Assembly: GCF_011745625.1 (NCBI RefSeq)
Contig: NW_027191453.1
Coordinates: forward strand, 1,116,001 to 1,180,000
Origin: Cladosporium halotolerans
Lineage: Eukaryota
Length of the DNA stretch: 64,000 bases
Direction of reading: 5' to 3'
A program made the translations under genes and the position numbers. Shown here one piece after another: positions 9,653 to 19,789 of this stretch; position 1 is the first letter of the stretch; every line of letters starts with the position of its first letter. The notes beneath the pieces are model-generated. The model was not told the DNA's origin. It saw nothing but the letters and a program-made list of their open reading frames with translations, and made no database searches.

Positions 9653-10917
9653 GATGCAGCAGGGGTTAGCGCGTTGCTGCACCTGGGCCAGGATGTGGGT
9701 TATAGCGACTCAAGCAGCGCCGACAGAACCCTAAAATGGGCGGACGTCTTAGCAGATGGCGAGTATGAATACCGCGCTCGGCGTCGCGCGAGGGCCGCTG
9801 CACCCAATGGAGGAGGAGCAGAAGAGGTGTGAGGCGCCGGGCGGGCAGGCTGGTGCGAAGGCAGAGACTCTCGCCCGTCTCAGGTGCCGCGATGGTGGAG
9901 GGCGAGCGGTCGCGGAGGGGAAAGTCGCAGGCAGCGCGAGCGCGGAGCAAAGCCTATTGGCGTTAGGGGAGACCCTCGAGTCGTGGGCCCTCGCGCGAAC
10001 GTTTGACGGGGCAGCCAACAGCGAAGAAAAGATAGGGGATGGGGAACGAACGTTATAACGAGCGGCAGGCGGCGCAACAGCAGTCCAGGCGGTGAGGCGC
10101 ACGCTCAGCTGCGCGCGTGTGCCTGGGAGTCGCCGTCGCGAGGAGGCAGCGTTATAGCGCGGCAGCACTATATGGCGAGGACAATAGCACAGTAGGCATC
10201 TCGCTTACCCGTATAACGTTAGAGGGCGTCAGAAGCGTCGCCCGCCGGCTCTCCTCAGCTAGCGCCAGGGCCGGGCGAGGCTCAAGGGGAGAACTTTCGG
10301 CGCGAGCAGTGCCGGCTCCTGCACGTGGACGCCACAAGGTTTGCGAGACAGCGTCTAGAAGACGGGCGTGACGGGTGGCATTCGTCCCGCCGTTGCCGGC
10401 TCGTGTTGCAGCAGACCGCGGCCGGGATGGGCAGGACTATTGTATGAGAGTCCTCCGTCGCGCAAACGAGGCCAATGGTGCAGACATCTCGTCCCGATCG
10501 AGCGCAGCCCTGCAGATGTGAAGCTCGAGTAGCACGCCAAACGCGTCTCGGCGGAGCGGGGCCCAGTCTGTCGGGTGGAATGGCATTCGCGCTGCCACCG
10601 TTGACTCGCGTGTCTCGTGGCCAACGTGACGCTGCGCAAATGTGACATATTGCGAAGTATGTCTGATGTGTGGTACTGTAACGAAGGTTTGGCGTATTCA
10701 AGACTGTGAAGAAGATCTGCAAACGAAGTTGTGACTGCGAGCAGTCGCATGCCTGCCATGTGATCCAGCTTCGGCGATCGTCGGCAGGGATCCTCATCCC
10801 GCGTTTGGCAACCACTTTACGCGTTCGTGCCCTATCACTGCCTATCACGTCGCCGCGGCGAGGCCAAAACGACGTGTATGCATTCTCGACTGCAACGCGC
10901 TATACGCTCTCGAAGAC

Positions 10918-12579
10918 ATGGGGATACCCGACATACCCAGCAGCGCGCCTAGGTCCTCGCAGGTCGAGCCCGCAAAACCACTGCCATCGTACCGCGATGT
11001 TAAACAACTGCCGGCCCAACTCCTCGACCACTGCACTGTCTGCCTCGAGGAGCAGCTCTTTTCGCAAGCGATTCCTCTGCTCTCAAGCGCAGTAACCGCC
11101 GGAAAGGGCACGATACGACCGGCTTATGTGCCTCCAGTACAGCACCTCAGCCTCCTCGCTACTCTCATCGTCCACCCGTCCATGACCACCCGCACTACGT
11201 CTGAAGAGAAACACCAGGCTGCCGACGATGCCCTGCAATATCTGCGCCATCTCAACACCATCACATCAGCCGACCAATCGGGACTCAACAAAGCGTTACA
11301 ATTCCGAGACTCTGCATCCTCACGCTCCAAGCGAGCACGCACCCGCCACTCCGACATCAGTAGTGATGATGAGAGTGAAGATCCGGGTCGTATCCGCTCG
11401 ACGTATGCGGATCAGGAATCCTTGTTCGCGAATGCGGAAGACTTTTGGGCCGTTGTGGGCTGGGCGTTCAATTGCTCAGTAGCTCACAGCCATCGCTGGA
11501 GCAGATGGCAGCTCTGGCTGCGTCTGACGCTGGACGTGCTGGAAGATGATCTGGAGTCCCGATATTACACAATTAGGGACAGTGGCTCTACGGACAATCA
11601 ACTGCTGAAAGACTCTCTCCTCGCTCAGTACCTAGCATCTTTCGTCGACTCAGGCCGCAACACCAAACGCCGCATCATGCGCGCCATCCTCGCCGACGGC
11701 AAACAAACCTCCCTCAACCAATTCCCCGAGATCTGGCGCAACGAAACGCGCCCACCCAAAGCCAAACCCGAGCCCAAAACCGGTAGCAAGCGCACCCTCG
11801 ACCTCGACCAAGGCGACTTCGGCGACTACTTCGACTCCGACTCCGACGCCGAAGCCACAACACCCACAGCGACAACCCCCCGCCCCTCCCGCCGCGCCAG
11901 CACCCGGCCACCAAGCAACAAACCCAGCCGCCAACCCTCCCCCTCAACCCCCCAAACCCCACCAACCACCAACCAAACCCACGGCCCCCCCACCTCCCTC
12001 ACCCTCCGCCTCCGCCTCCTAACCCTCCTAACCCGCCTCTCGACCCTCGCCCCAACCCTCTTCCTCGACCCCGAAGACCTCTTCGACCTCTACACCGAGT
12101 TCCTGCGCCACCTGCCGCTGCCCGTCTTCTCCTCCTTCCTCCTCACGCCCACCTCCACCACCAACCCGGGCTCCGCAAACCCAGCCTTCGACGCCCCCTC
12201 CCTCGCCTCCCTGACGCAAATGCTCCTGCGCCCGCTCCTCTCCTCCGCCGCGCCCGTCTACAACGCCAACGCCCTGACGCCCGCCGATTTCGCCGCGCAC
12301 TTTGCGCCTTTCGCCGCGGGCTCGGGCAGCGTGGGCGAGAATGCGCGCGTGGGCGTTTGCGTCGAGGTGCTGCTGAGGTTGCTTTGGGGGCAGGGGGCGT
12401 TTGAGGGGTTGGAGGGGGAGGAGAAAGAGGAGGTGAGGAGGGCGGTTGGGGAGGGGGTTAGGGCTAGGGAGGAGAAGGTGGGGGGTGGGGAGGGGAGGAG
12501 GAGGAAGGGGGAGGAGGGGGCTTGGGAGGTTTTGAGGGCGGGTGGGGAGAGGATGCGGTGGGTTTTGGGGGAGGTTTGA
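10918..12579 (+). CDS. Conserved-looking helical hypothetical protein (tentatively Nse5-like)
   Basis: 553-aa ATG ORF with globular blocks (LEEQLFSQAIPLL, YVPPVQHLSLLATLIVHP, AEDFWAVVGWAFNCS, SLLAQYL) separated by low-complexity linkers. Confidence 0.8.
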   Translation: MGIPDIPSSAPRSSQVEPAKPLPSYRDVKQLPAQLLDHCTVCLEEQLFSQAIPLLSSAVTAGKGTIRPAYVPPVQHLSLLATLIVHPSMTTRTTSEEKHQAADDALQYLRHLNTITSADQSGLNKALQFRDSASSRSKRARTRHSDISSDDESEDPGRIRSTYADQESLFANAEDFWAVVGWAFNCSVAHSHRWSRWQLWLRLTLDVLEDDLESRYYTIRDSGSTDNQLLKDSLLAQYLASFVDSGRNTKRRIMRAILADGKQTSLNQFPEIWRNETRPPKAKPEPKTGSKRTLDLDQGDFGDYFDSDSDAEATTPTATTPRPSRRASTRPPSNKPSRQPSPSTPQTPPTTNQTHGPPTSLTLRLRLLTLLTRLSTLAPTLFLDPEDLFDLYTEFLRHLPLPVFSSFLLTPTSTTNPGSANPAFDAPSLASLTQMLLRPLLSSAAPVYNANALTPADFAAHFAPFAAGSGSVGENARVGVCVEVLLRLLWGQGAFEGLEGEEKEEVRRAVGEGVRAREEKVGGGEGRRRKGEEGAWEVLRAGGERMRWVLGEV

Positions 12580-12829
12580 TTTGGTTGGTTTGAGGAATAT
12601 GGGTGAGTGACGGGGTTGAGAGGTAGAAGGCGAGGAAGTGAGGTCGGGAGGAGAAAGGTGGCAGGTGGAGATGTGAGTGAGTGGTTTCAGAAGGAAATTG
12701 ATGCTATTGGTTGTAGTTTTACAGAAGCTGGTCCGCACAAGCAGCAGCTCTAGATACCCCGTATTTTTGTACACAAAAGGTCAACGCCAACAGACCGTTC
12801 GTCTCTTATTCCACCGTCAAACGATCCAT

Positions 12830-13952
12830 CTACCACGAGTAGTACTGCCCCCGAACGCCCTGCACGGGCCTGTCAGGAAGAGGCGTCCACACCTTGTCCT
12901 GCCTCTGCTTCAGCCTCTTCGCCTCCCTCTCCTTCCACTGCCTCACGCGCGTTGCCTCCTCCTTCAACACAACGCTCAGGCTCGTCCAGGGCGTGCGCAT
13001 GATGAAAACTCTGCCGCGGGCTCTAAAATCGGGCAGTTTTCCGTACTGGCCACGGCCAACCCACGCCTGCTCAATAAAGATGTTCGACGTATCAGTGACG
13101 GTGTGCCTCTTGCCATCCTTGAGCTGAATATCCAGCGGCGACGAAGGCGACACCACATCCGCCTTAGGCTGCACGCCCGTAACGTCCGTCGACGACGCAT
13201 TCAGATTCGGCGCCTCGCTCTCTGCCTCCTGCACACCGACCAGCCCCAGCCCCATCCCCCTCATCACAACCGCCTCGTCGCGCGCCGCCTCCAAGTGCGC
13301 CAACACCTGCTGCGCGACGCCCTTCTTGGAGAACCGCATCTGCACGATCGCCTCGTCGACCGTCTTGCCCTGGATCTGCCGCGCCAGCATCCCCAGCTTC
13401 TTGACGGACGTCTTCATCATCTCGCTCTTGGCCGTGTGCTCGCGCTCCGTCTGCAGCAGGAACTCCGCCTTGCTCAGCCGCCCGCCCTTGCGGATGCCCT
13501 GGATCACCTTCTTGCGCTCCCAGCGCTCGCGCGCGTTCGGGTCCGGGTCCAGCACGCGCGCCATGGACGCCGGGTTGCGCTTGCGCCCGCCCGTCTGCGT
13601 GTCTTCGTCCGCGCCGGCTTGGACTTGCGAGCGTCGGTCGTCCTCGAAGATCGAGGACGAGGCGATGTCGCCGGCGCGCGAGCTGGGGGAGCCGAATTGC
13701 TGGGCGGCGGCGGCGGCTCCGTCGGGGTTGTTGCGGTTGTATTCGTCGAGGATAGGATTTGAGGGGGCGTTTTTAGAGTCGGAGGAGGCGTGGCGGATTG
13801 GGAGGAGGGCGGTGCGCGATTGCACGCGGGAGGTGAGGGGGGCTTGGTTGGAGTAGAGGCCTGGAGGGGTTGTCAGTGGTGTTTGTGAGATCGGCGTGAT
13901 TTGGAGACGTACATCGTGGCGCGAGCCGCCTTATGGGCAATGATACACTCAT
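12830..13952 (-). CDS. MRPL22: Mitochondrial ribosomal protein uL22m; exons 13952-13913, 13860-12830
   Basis: L22 motifs SVKKLGMLARQIQGKTVDEAIVQMRFSKK, IEQAWVGRG and RARGRVFIMRTPWTSLSVVLKE. An Arg-rich presequence (MSVSLPIRRLAPRC) is joined via intron 13861-13912 (GTACGT...ACTGAC...CAG). Confidence 0.93.
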
Positions 13953-14791
13953 GGCGGGCGTATGGGGCACGACGAGGGTGCTCGAGGCCTCGCCCTGCTG
14001 CTCTGCTGGTATGGGACGAAGTCTGTGGAAAGTGTACGAGGCAGGTGCGGCGAGCGCGGAGGTTGGCCTGAGGTTTGAGGCTGCTCGGGGGATTGCTCCT
14101 ACTGACCCGGCGCCGCGGAACAGCTTGGCCGATGATCGCGCTCGGCTACGGCGATGCGCGAGAAGGATGGCAAAGACGGCTGCTGGTGATTGCGGTCTAT
14201 CGTCATGCTGGCCATAGCAGGAGGGGAGAGGCAGCGCGAACACAGCAGCTCTCAGCAGACCGGGCGAATCACGTGCACCTGATTATTCTCCGAGCGGTCC
14301 CTCCGCGCCAGGCACAGGCACATCGCGATGCCCGTGTCTCGCATGGCCGGCGATGACGCGTGGTCTGGAAGTTGAAACTGGGGCTCGTGTCGCACAAGAG
14401 CCCACGGAGCCGCGCCGAGCACGGCCAGCCTTCTTCCTCGCCTGCGAAGGGCAACCTTGGCCTCGATGTGCTGCGTCTCTGCGCTGTCCTAGCAAACTCA
14501 GTCCATCCCCGTAACGTTAGTGCCGAGAGAGCGGGCCGTCCTCGTGTTAGCTGTCACTCACTTCACAATCCGCTACACCCCATCCGACCTCTCTCCCTGC
14601 GCGCGCGCGTGCTCGCCCTCTCCCGTACCGCCCTCTTCCCATTGCCGGACTTCGCGCCGCGACTCGGGCGCTGAAAGCCGGATTGCGCGACCTCAGGCCG
14701 CTACCTTGGGTGTTATGCGCTAGATTGCCCGCCATCCGCCGGAGGACCTTTAAACTTGCCGCAGGTTAATCAGCTCTGCCTTAGCCAAAAC

Positions 14792-17700
14792 ATGGACATC
14801 AACAGGCTGTTGTCGCCAGACGAGGGCGGCGCCCGCGCTGCGCAGCCGCCACCTCCCACATCCTCCAACAGCATGCCCTCACCGCGAAAGCCTCGCCGGC
14901 CAGCCGGTGGCAAACGCAACATGTCTGGCCTCAGCCAAGAGGTCAGGCGGTCTCCTGAGCGCATGGACACGACTGGTCAGCCTTCACCGGTGCCTGGCTA
15001 CGCGATGCAGCAGCCTCAGCAGGGCCAAGTGTACCAGTCTGGACCTCAGGTTGCTGCCCCCAACTTCAGGCCTTTGCAGCCTTCCGCGCGGGGAGCAGAT
15101 GCGCAGGCGCAGGCGCAGGGTGCGTTCTACGTGCAAGCGCCGCCACAGCGCCCGGTGATGGCGCACCGCCATTCTTCACAGAGCTCGACGCGCTCCACCC
15201 CCCAGATGGATACATTGGCTGGTGAGTGCCACTCCGCGCAAACGGATAGCAAACAGCCCACGGCTAATCCCGCTTCGCGCCTTCCAGACTTAGCTTCCAT
15301 GCAGCGCCAACCTCATCCGCGCAACGACTCTTCTAACAACGCTCCCACACGCCACTCGCCTTCAATGACCTCCCAGTCGTCTACCTCCGCTCCTTCAATA
15401 GGCCGCAACATCTCTTCGCAGTCCGTAGCCGACATCACCATGGCTGAGGCGCCAGCTCAAACACCGCCACCACGCGTCTTCACGTCGAATGCGCTGACCG
15501 AGACTGAATCTCAAACCGTCACCGACCTGCTGAACCACCTCGGTGAAAGCTCATACGCCTACGACTCCCATCTCCAGCTCATCAACCTCTTGCACAAAGG
15601 CTTCGTCACCCACGTCTCGCCTCCGGAAGGTAGCGGCGAAAGTGGCCAGGAACCACGCACCTTTGGGTTGCTTGCCGAACTCCGCCAAGCACGCGAATCG
15701 ATGGACTCGCGTTATGCCGTTGGGGAGGACGTCTGGCTGGACTGGCTCGCAGATGAAGTCGTGATAGCTAAGACGGGTGACGAGCGTATCTCTCTGATGG
15801 AGCTCTTCCAGAGAGCGGTACAGGACGAGCCTTCTTCGGTCGCGCTGTGGCAGGCGTACGTGGATTGGATTGAGGCAAATTATACTTCGTGCCACAATCT
15901 TCCCGGCTCAGACCAATCGAGCTGGACTGAGGAAGATAAAGAGATCTGCAAGGAACTATTCAACAAAGACATGCTTGTCAGTGTACTGGAGCAAGCGACT
16001 CAGGCTACGCAGTGGCGGATTGACCAAAGTCATCTTTTGTGGAACCGTTTCATCACAGTCATCCAACCGGAGAATATGAACGAGTCCAATCGCCAGGATC
16101 TGGAGCGCATTCAAAATCACTACATTGAGCGACTGCGTATCCCAAGCTCTGGATGGAATGAGACACGCCAGCTTTTCTGGCCTCTGATGACAACACTCCA
16201 TGGCGACAACTGGGAGGCAGCCATGGCTCAAGTAAACGAAATCGGTGAGCCCGCTAAGATTCAAATGGGACTTCGCGATGAGCATGAGCTCAAACTCGAT
16301 CGTGTACTTCGTTCTGGTGACAAGAATGAGCTATTCAACGAGTTCACGCGATATCTCAAGTGGGAGAAATCCCCCAGGTCGAAGAAGAAGCGCGGCGGGC
16401 CCTATGAGAAGGAATTGCGTGCTGCTTTGTTTGAGCGAGCGTTGCTGAAATTTCCCACATACACGGAGTGGTGGCTTGATTACGTCGACTTTGTGATCAG
16501 CCAGAAACCCTCTTCGCATGATCCGTCTTCCTCGGTACTACCTCTCTTGGAGCGTGCAACTAAGCATTGCCCGTGGTCTGGAGAGCTCTGGGCGAAACGG
16601 ATCCTGCGCTCTGACGTTGAGCGCAAACCTTACCACGAAATCGAAGCGATCAAACACAGAGCGACAAACTCTGGATTGCTGGACGTCGGCGGAATGGAGG
16701 AGCTGGTGAAAGTGCTCATGGAGTGGTGCAGCTATCTCCGTCGCAACGCCTTCACATCAACAAGTTCCGAAGACGACCTCGACACAGCAGAGGTCGGCAT
16801 CATGATGGCCTTGGAAGATGTGCAACAAGCTGGGCGCAAGGTGTACGGCGAGGACTTCCAGGGTGATCCCCTTTACCGTCTGGAGAGAATTCAAATGAAG
16901 TTCTTGGCCGAAGCTCGCCGCATTGAGGATGCTCGCAACATCTGGAAGGCCCTCGCTCCCAAACAGGGCAAGTCTTTTGACTTCTGGGCGAGATACTACA
17001 GCTGGGAGCTTTTGTTCTGGGGCCACGACCGTTTGAGTGACAGCCATCGCGTTGAAACGACCGAGACCGCCCCTCACCTGGCTACTGCCGTTGTGGACGA
17101 AATGCTCTCGCAAGTACATCTCGATCAGCCTGAGAGCGCTGTCGAGCTTTACATGTCGCATTTCCAACAACACGAAAGCGTGGAGAAGTTGCAGGCCGCT
17201 GGCATTGAGGCCAGGGAGTTCTCAAAGAGGACTGCTATCCGTCGGGCTCACGAAGCTGAGCAAGCAGCAGCAGAGGCGGCTCAACAGCAACAGGAAGTCC
17301 AAGAGGCAGCAGCCGCACAGGCAGCCGAGGTGGCGAACCTCTCCACGGGCGACAAGAGGAAGCGCGATGACGATGTTAACGACGACACACACAAGAAGAC
17401 CAAGACCGACGGTACACATGAGCATGATGCCGATTCTGCGGAGCCATCTGCATCAACGAGCGCTCAAGCAAAGCGAGACAGGGAGCACTCGACTATTACT
17501 CTCACAAACCTCAGCCTGGATACTGCGGAGCTGGACATAAGGAAGTTCTTCCAAGACTGCGGACCAGTGAGGGCCGTCAATATCCTCCCTCACCAGAACA
17601 ACGACACAGCTGTAGCTACTGTCGAGTTTGAGACGCCTGAGGATGTCAAGACCGCCAAGGTGCGTAACGGAAAACCACTCAATGGCCGCGAGGTACACAT

Positions 17701-18895
17701 CCAGAGTGGCAGCCGCAGCACCCTCTATGTGACAAATTACCCTGCGGAGTTTGACGAAGCCGCCATCCGCAAGTTGTTCGTTGACTACGGCGACGTGGTT
17801 ACTGTCCGGTTCCCTAGCTTGAAGTACAACAGCCGGCGGCGTTTCTGCTACGTCCAATTCCTCACCAGCGAGCAAGCGCAAGCCGCAGAGAACGCGATGG
17901 ACGACAAAATCCTCGACGGCTCTCACAGGCTGGTGGCCAAGATCTCGGACCCGGAAGCGGCGAAAAACCGCACTGGCGCATCAGCGGAGGGGCGAGAGCT
18001 GTTCGTCAAGAACCTCGACAACAACGTGCCCCAGCAAGACATCAAAGACCACTTCAGCAAATTCGGCACCGTCGTCTCCATGAACCTCCTCAAGCGCGCC
18101 GACGGCAAACGCGTTGGCAACGGCTTCATCGTCATGTCGTCCGCCGACGAAGCCACCAAAGCCGTCGAAGAAGGCAACAACCGCCCCTTCAGCGACCGCA
18201 TCCTCAGCATCGTCCTCGCCACCCCGAAAGGCGGCGCCGCCCCGATGGACAAAGCCCGCAGAACAAACATCAACATCAAGCAATCCGCCTCCCCCGAGCC
18301 CAGCTCCCTGCCGACAAACGGCCGCCGCGCCTCCGACGTTTCCATGGCTTCCTCGGGCCACGCTGGCGGCGAGGACATGGCCAAGACGGTCCGCGAGCGC
18401 AAAGTCGCCATTTTCAACCTCCCGGACACAGTCAACGACGCCCGCATCCGCTCCGAGATGGAAAAGCACGGGCCCATCCTCAAAATTCAACTGCGCCGCG
18501 AGCAGAACGCCGCCATCGTCGAGTTCGCCGACCTCAAAGTCGCCTTCGGCGTCCGCGCCGGCGTCGAGTGTCCTGCGCTCGGCGAGGGCGTGAGCACGGG
18601 CGATACGGAGGCGCTTTTTGTCAAGGGGAAGAAGAAGGCGGAGAGTGCTGGGTTTGGCGGGATGAGGCCTGCTGCTGTTGCGAGGCCAGGGCAGGGGCGG
18701 GGTGGGAGGAGAGGGGGGCTGGGGTTTAAGAGGGGTGGGTTTGGGGGTGGTGCTGCGGCGTCGACTGGGCCGCAGAGCAATGGTTCCGGTCCCGCGGCGC
18801 CCGCGAGGAGCAATGCGGATTTCAAGGCGATGTTCGAGAAGAGCCGCGAGGCGCCTGAGGCGCCGGAGCCTGATGGGAAGGCTGACGGCGAGTGA
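14792..18895 (+). CDS. PRP24: Prp24/SART3 U4/U6 snRNP recycling factor (HAT repeats, 4 RRMs, Lsm-interaction motif); intron 15222-15287
   Basis: HAT-type segments (LFERALLKFPTYTEWWLDY, LERATKHCPWSGELW), RRM RNP motifs (LYVTNY, RRFCYVQF, LFVKNL) and C-terminal SNADFKAMF. A 66-nt GTGAGT...GCTAAT...CAG intron splices in frame. Confidence 0.95.
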   Translation: MDINRLLSPDEGGARAAQPPPPTSSNSMPSPRKPRRPAGGKRNMSGLSQEVRRSPERMDTTGQPSPVPGYAMQQPQQGQVYQSGPQVAAPNFRPLQPSARGADAQAQAQGAFYVQAPPQRPVMAHRHSSQSSTRSTPQMDTLAGECHSAQTDSKQPTANPASRLPDLASMQRQPHPRNDSSNNAPTRHSPSMTSQSSTSAPSIGRNISSQSVADITMAEAPAQTPPPRVFTSNALTETESQTVTDLLNHLGESSYAYDSHLQLINLLHKGFVTHVSPPEGSGESGQEPRTFGLLAELRQARESMDSRYAVGEDVWLDWLADEVVIAKTGDERISLMELFQRAVQDEPSSVALWQAYVDWIEANYTSCHNLPGSDQSSWTEEDKEICKELFNKDMLVSVLEQATQATQWRIDQSHLLWNRFITVIQPENMNESNRQDLERIQNHYIERLRIPSSGWNETRQLFWPLMTTLHGDNWEAAMAQVNEIGEPAKIQMGLRDEHELKLDRVLRSGDKNELFNEFTRYLKWEKSPRSKKKRGGPYEKELRAALFERALLKFPTYTEWWLDYVDFVISQKPSSHDPSSSVLPLLERATKHCPWSGELWAKRILRSDVERKPYHEIEAIKHRATNSGLLDVGGMEELVKVLMEWCSYLRRNAFTSTSSEDDLDTAEVGIMMALEDVQQAGRKVYGEDFQGDPLYRLERIQMKFLAEARRIEDARNIWKALAPKQGKSFDFWARYYSWELLFWGHDRLSDSHRVETTETAPHLATAVVDEMLSQVHLDQPESAVELYMSHFQQHESVEKLQAAGIEAREFSKRTAIRRAHEAEQAAAEAAQQQQEVQEAAAAQAAEVANLSTGDKRKRDDDVNDDTHKKTKTDGTHEHDADSAEPSASTSAQAKRDREHSTITLTNLSLDTAELDIRKFFQDCGPVRAVNILPHQNNDTAVATVEFETPEDVKTAKVRNGKPLNGREVHIQSGSRSTLYVTNYPAEFDEAAIRKLFVDYGDVVTVRFPSLKYNSRRRFCYVQFLTSEQAQAAENAMDDKILDGSHRLVAKISDPEAAKNRTGASAEGRELFVKNLDNNVPQQDIKDHFSKFGTVVSMNLLKRADGKRVGNGFIVMSSADEATKAVEEGNNRPFSDRILSIVLATPKGGAAPMDKARRTNINIKQSASPEPSSLPTNGRRASDVSMASSGHAGGEDMAKTVRERKVAIFNLPDTVNDARIRSEMEKHGPILKIQLRREQNAAIVEFADLKVAFGVRAGVECPALGEGVSTGDTEALFVKGKKKAESAGFGGMRPAAVARPGQGRGGRRGGLGFKRGGFGGGAAASTGPQSNGSGPAAPARSNADFKAMFEKSREAPEAPEPDGKADGE

Positions 18896-19134
18896 ACGTC
18901 AGGCTGTTAATGGAGCGGCGTTTTTGGCTCGATGATGGATGGGCTTAATGGTATGAGGTTTTATAGTGATGTACGATGGGTATGGCTCAGGATCGGGATC
19001 GGGGTCGGTGTCGGCTTTGCCTCTGGACGCGACGTGTGTAAGAACATCGATTAATAGCTGCATGATAGGCATGGCGAAGGGGAACGGTGGAGATAACCGA
19101 TCGAAAGAAAGATGGCATTTCACGCTCACCTTGT

Positions 19135-19159
19135 GTTTCGTTTCGTTTCGTCTCGTTTC
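19135..19159 (+). repeat. Imperfect (GTTTC)5 repeat downstream of PRP24
   Basis: gtttcgtttcgtttcgtctcgtttc read directly. Confidence 0.7.
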
Positions 19160-19706
19160 GCGGTGAAGAGTCCATATTTGATCGTCGGCTTGCGCACCTC
19201 TTCCACTCCTCGCAAAGCTTCTTGGAACTGTACCATCACCCATAAAGAACAAACGAAAAGATCCCAGACCCGTTCGGGCTTCCTCGAGCTGCTACCCGAA
19301 CCACTAGTCAGCGATACACCGCCAATCTTTCCCTCGAGCGGCGTCTGTCGCACCTTGATCACTAATTCTCCCACGCACGGAATCTGATCCCGCCTTCAGT
19401 TTGTAAGCCGCATGATTCGAGGAGGGCTTGAGAGCGACGTGACACCTGATCAGTCCAATGCCGCGAGACTTCGGCAACGCATGATGATGTTTTTCGACGA
19501 TACAGGTACTCTCCTTGATTACATTGCGTGCTGCAAGCGTTCAGATTTGAAGCTTGGAGGTGGTTTTTGTAAGCTGGGGGGTTTGTAAGCAGGCATGCTC
19601 GAGAGGGGAGCATATTCGATATTGGGGGGATGACTGCGTTTTGAATAGCTGCGTGAGAATGCCGATGCATGTACAAAGAGGGGTATGCTCGTGACGTGTA
19701 AGCAAG

Positions 19707-19715
19707 TATATAAAA
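19707..19715 (+). promoter_or_regulatory. TATA box of the epoxide hydrolase gene
   Basis: TATATAAAA about 80 nt upstream of ATG 19790, followed by a C-rich leader. Confidence 0.7.
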
Positions 19716-19789
19716 CCAGGGCCTCGCAAGCATTGGGCAGACCACCCAACTCCGACCTCGTCTTCTCCCAGACGACCCAATCGCCCAGC

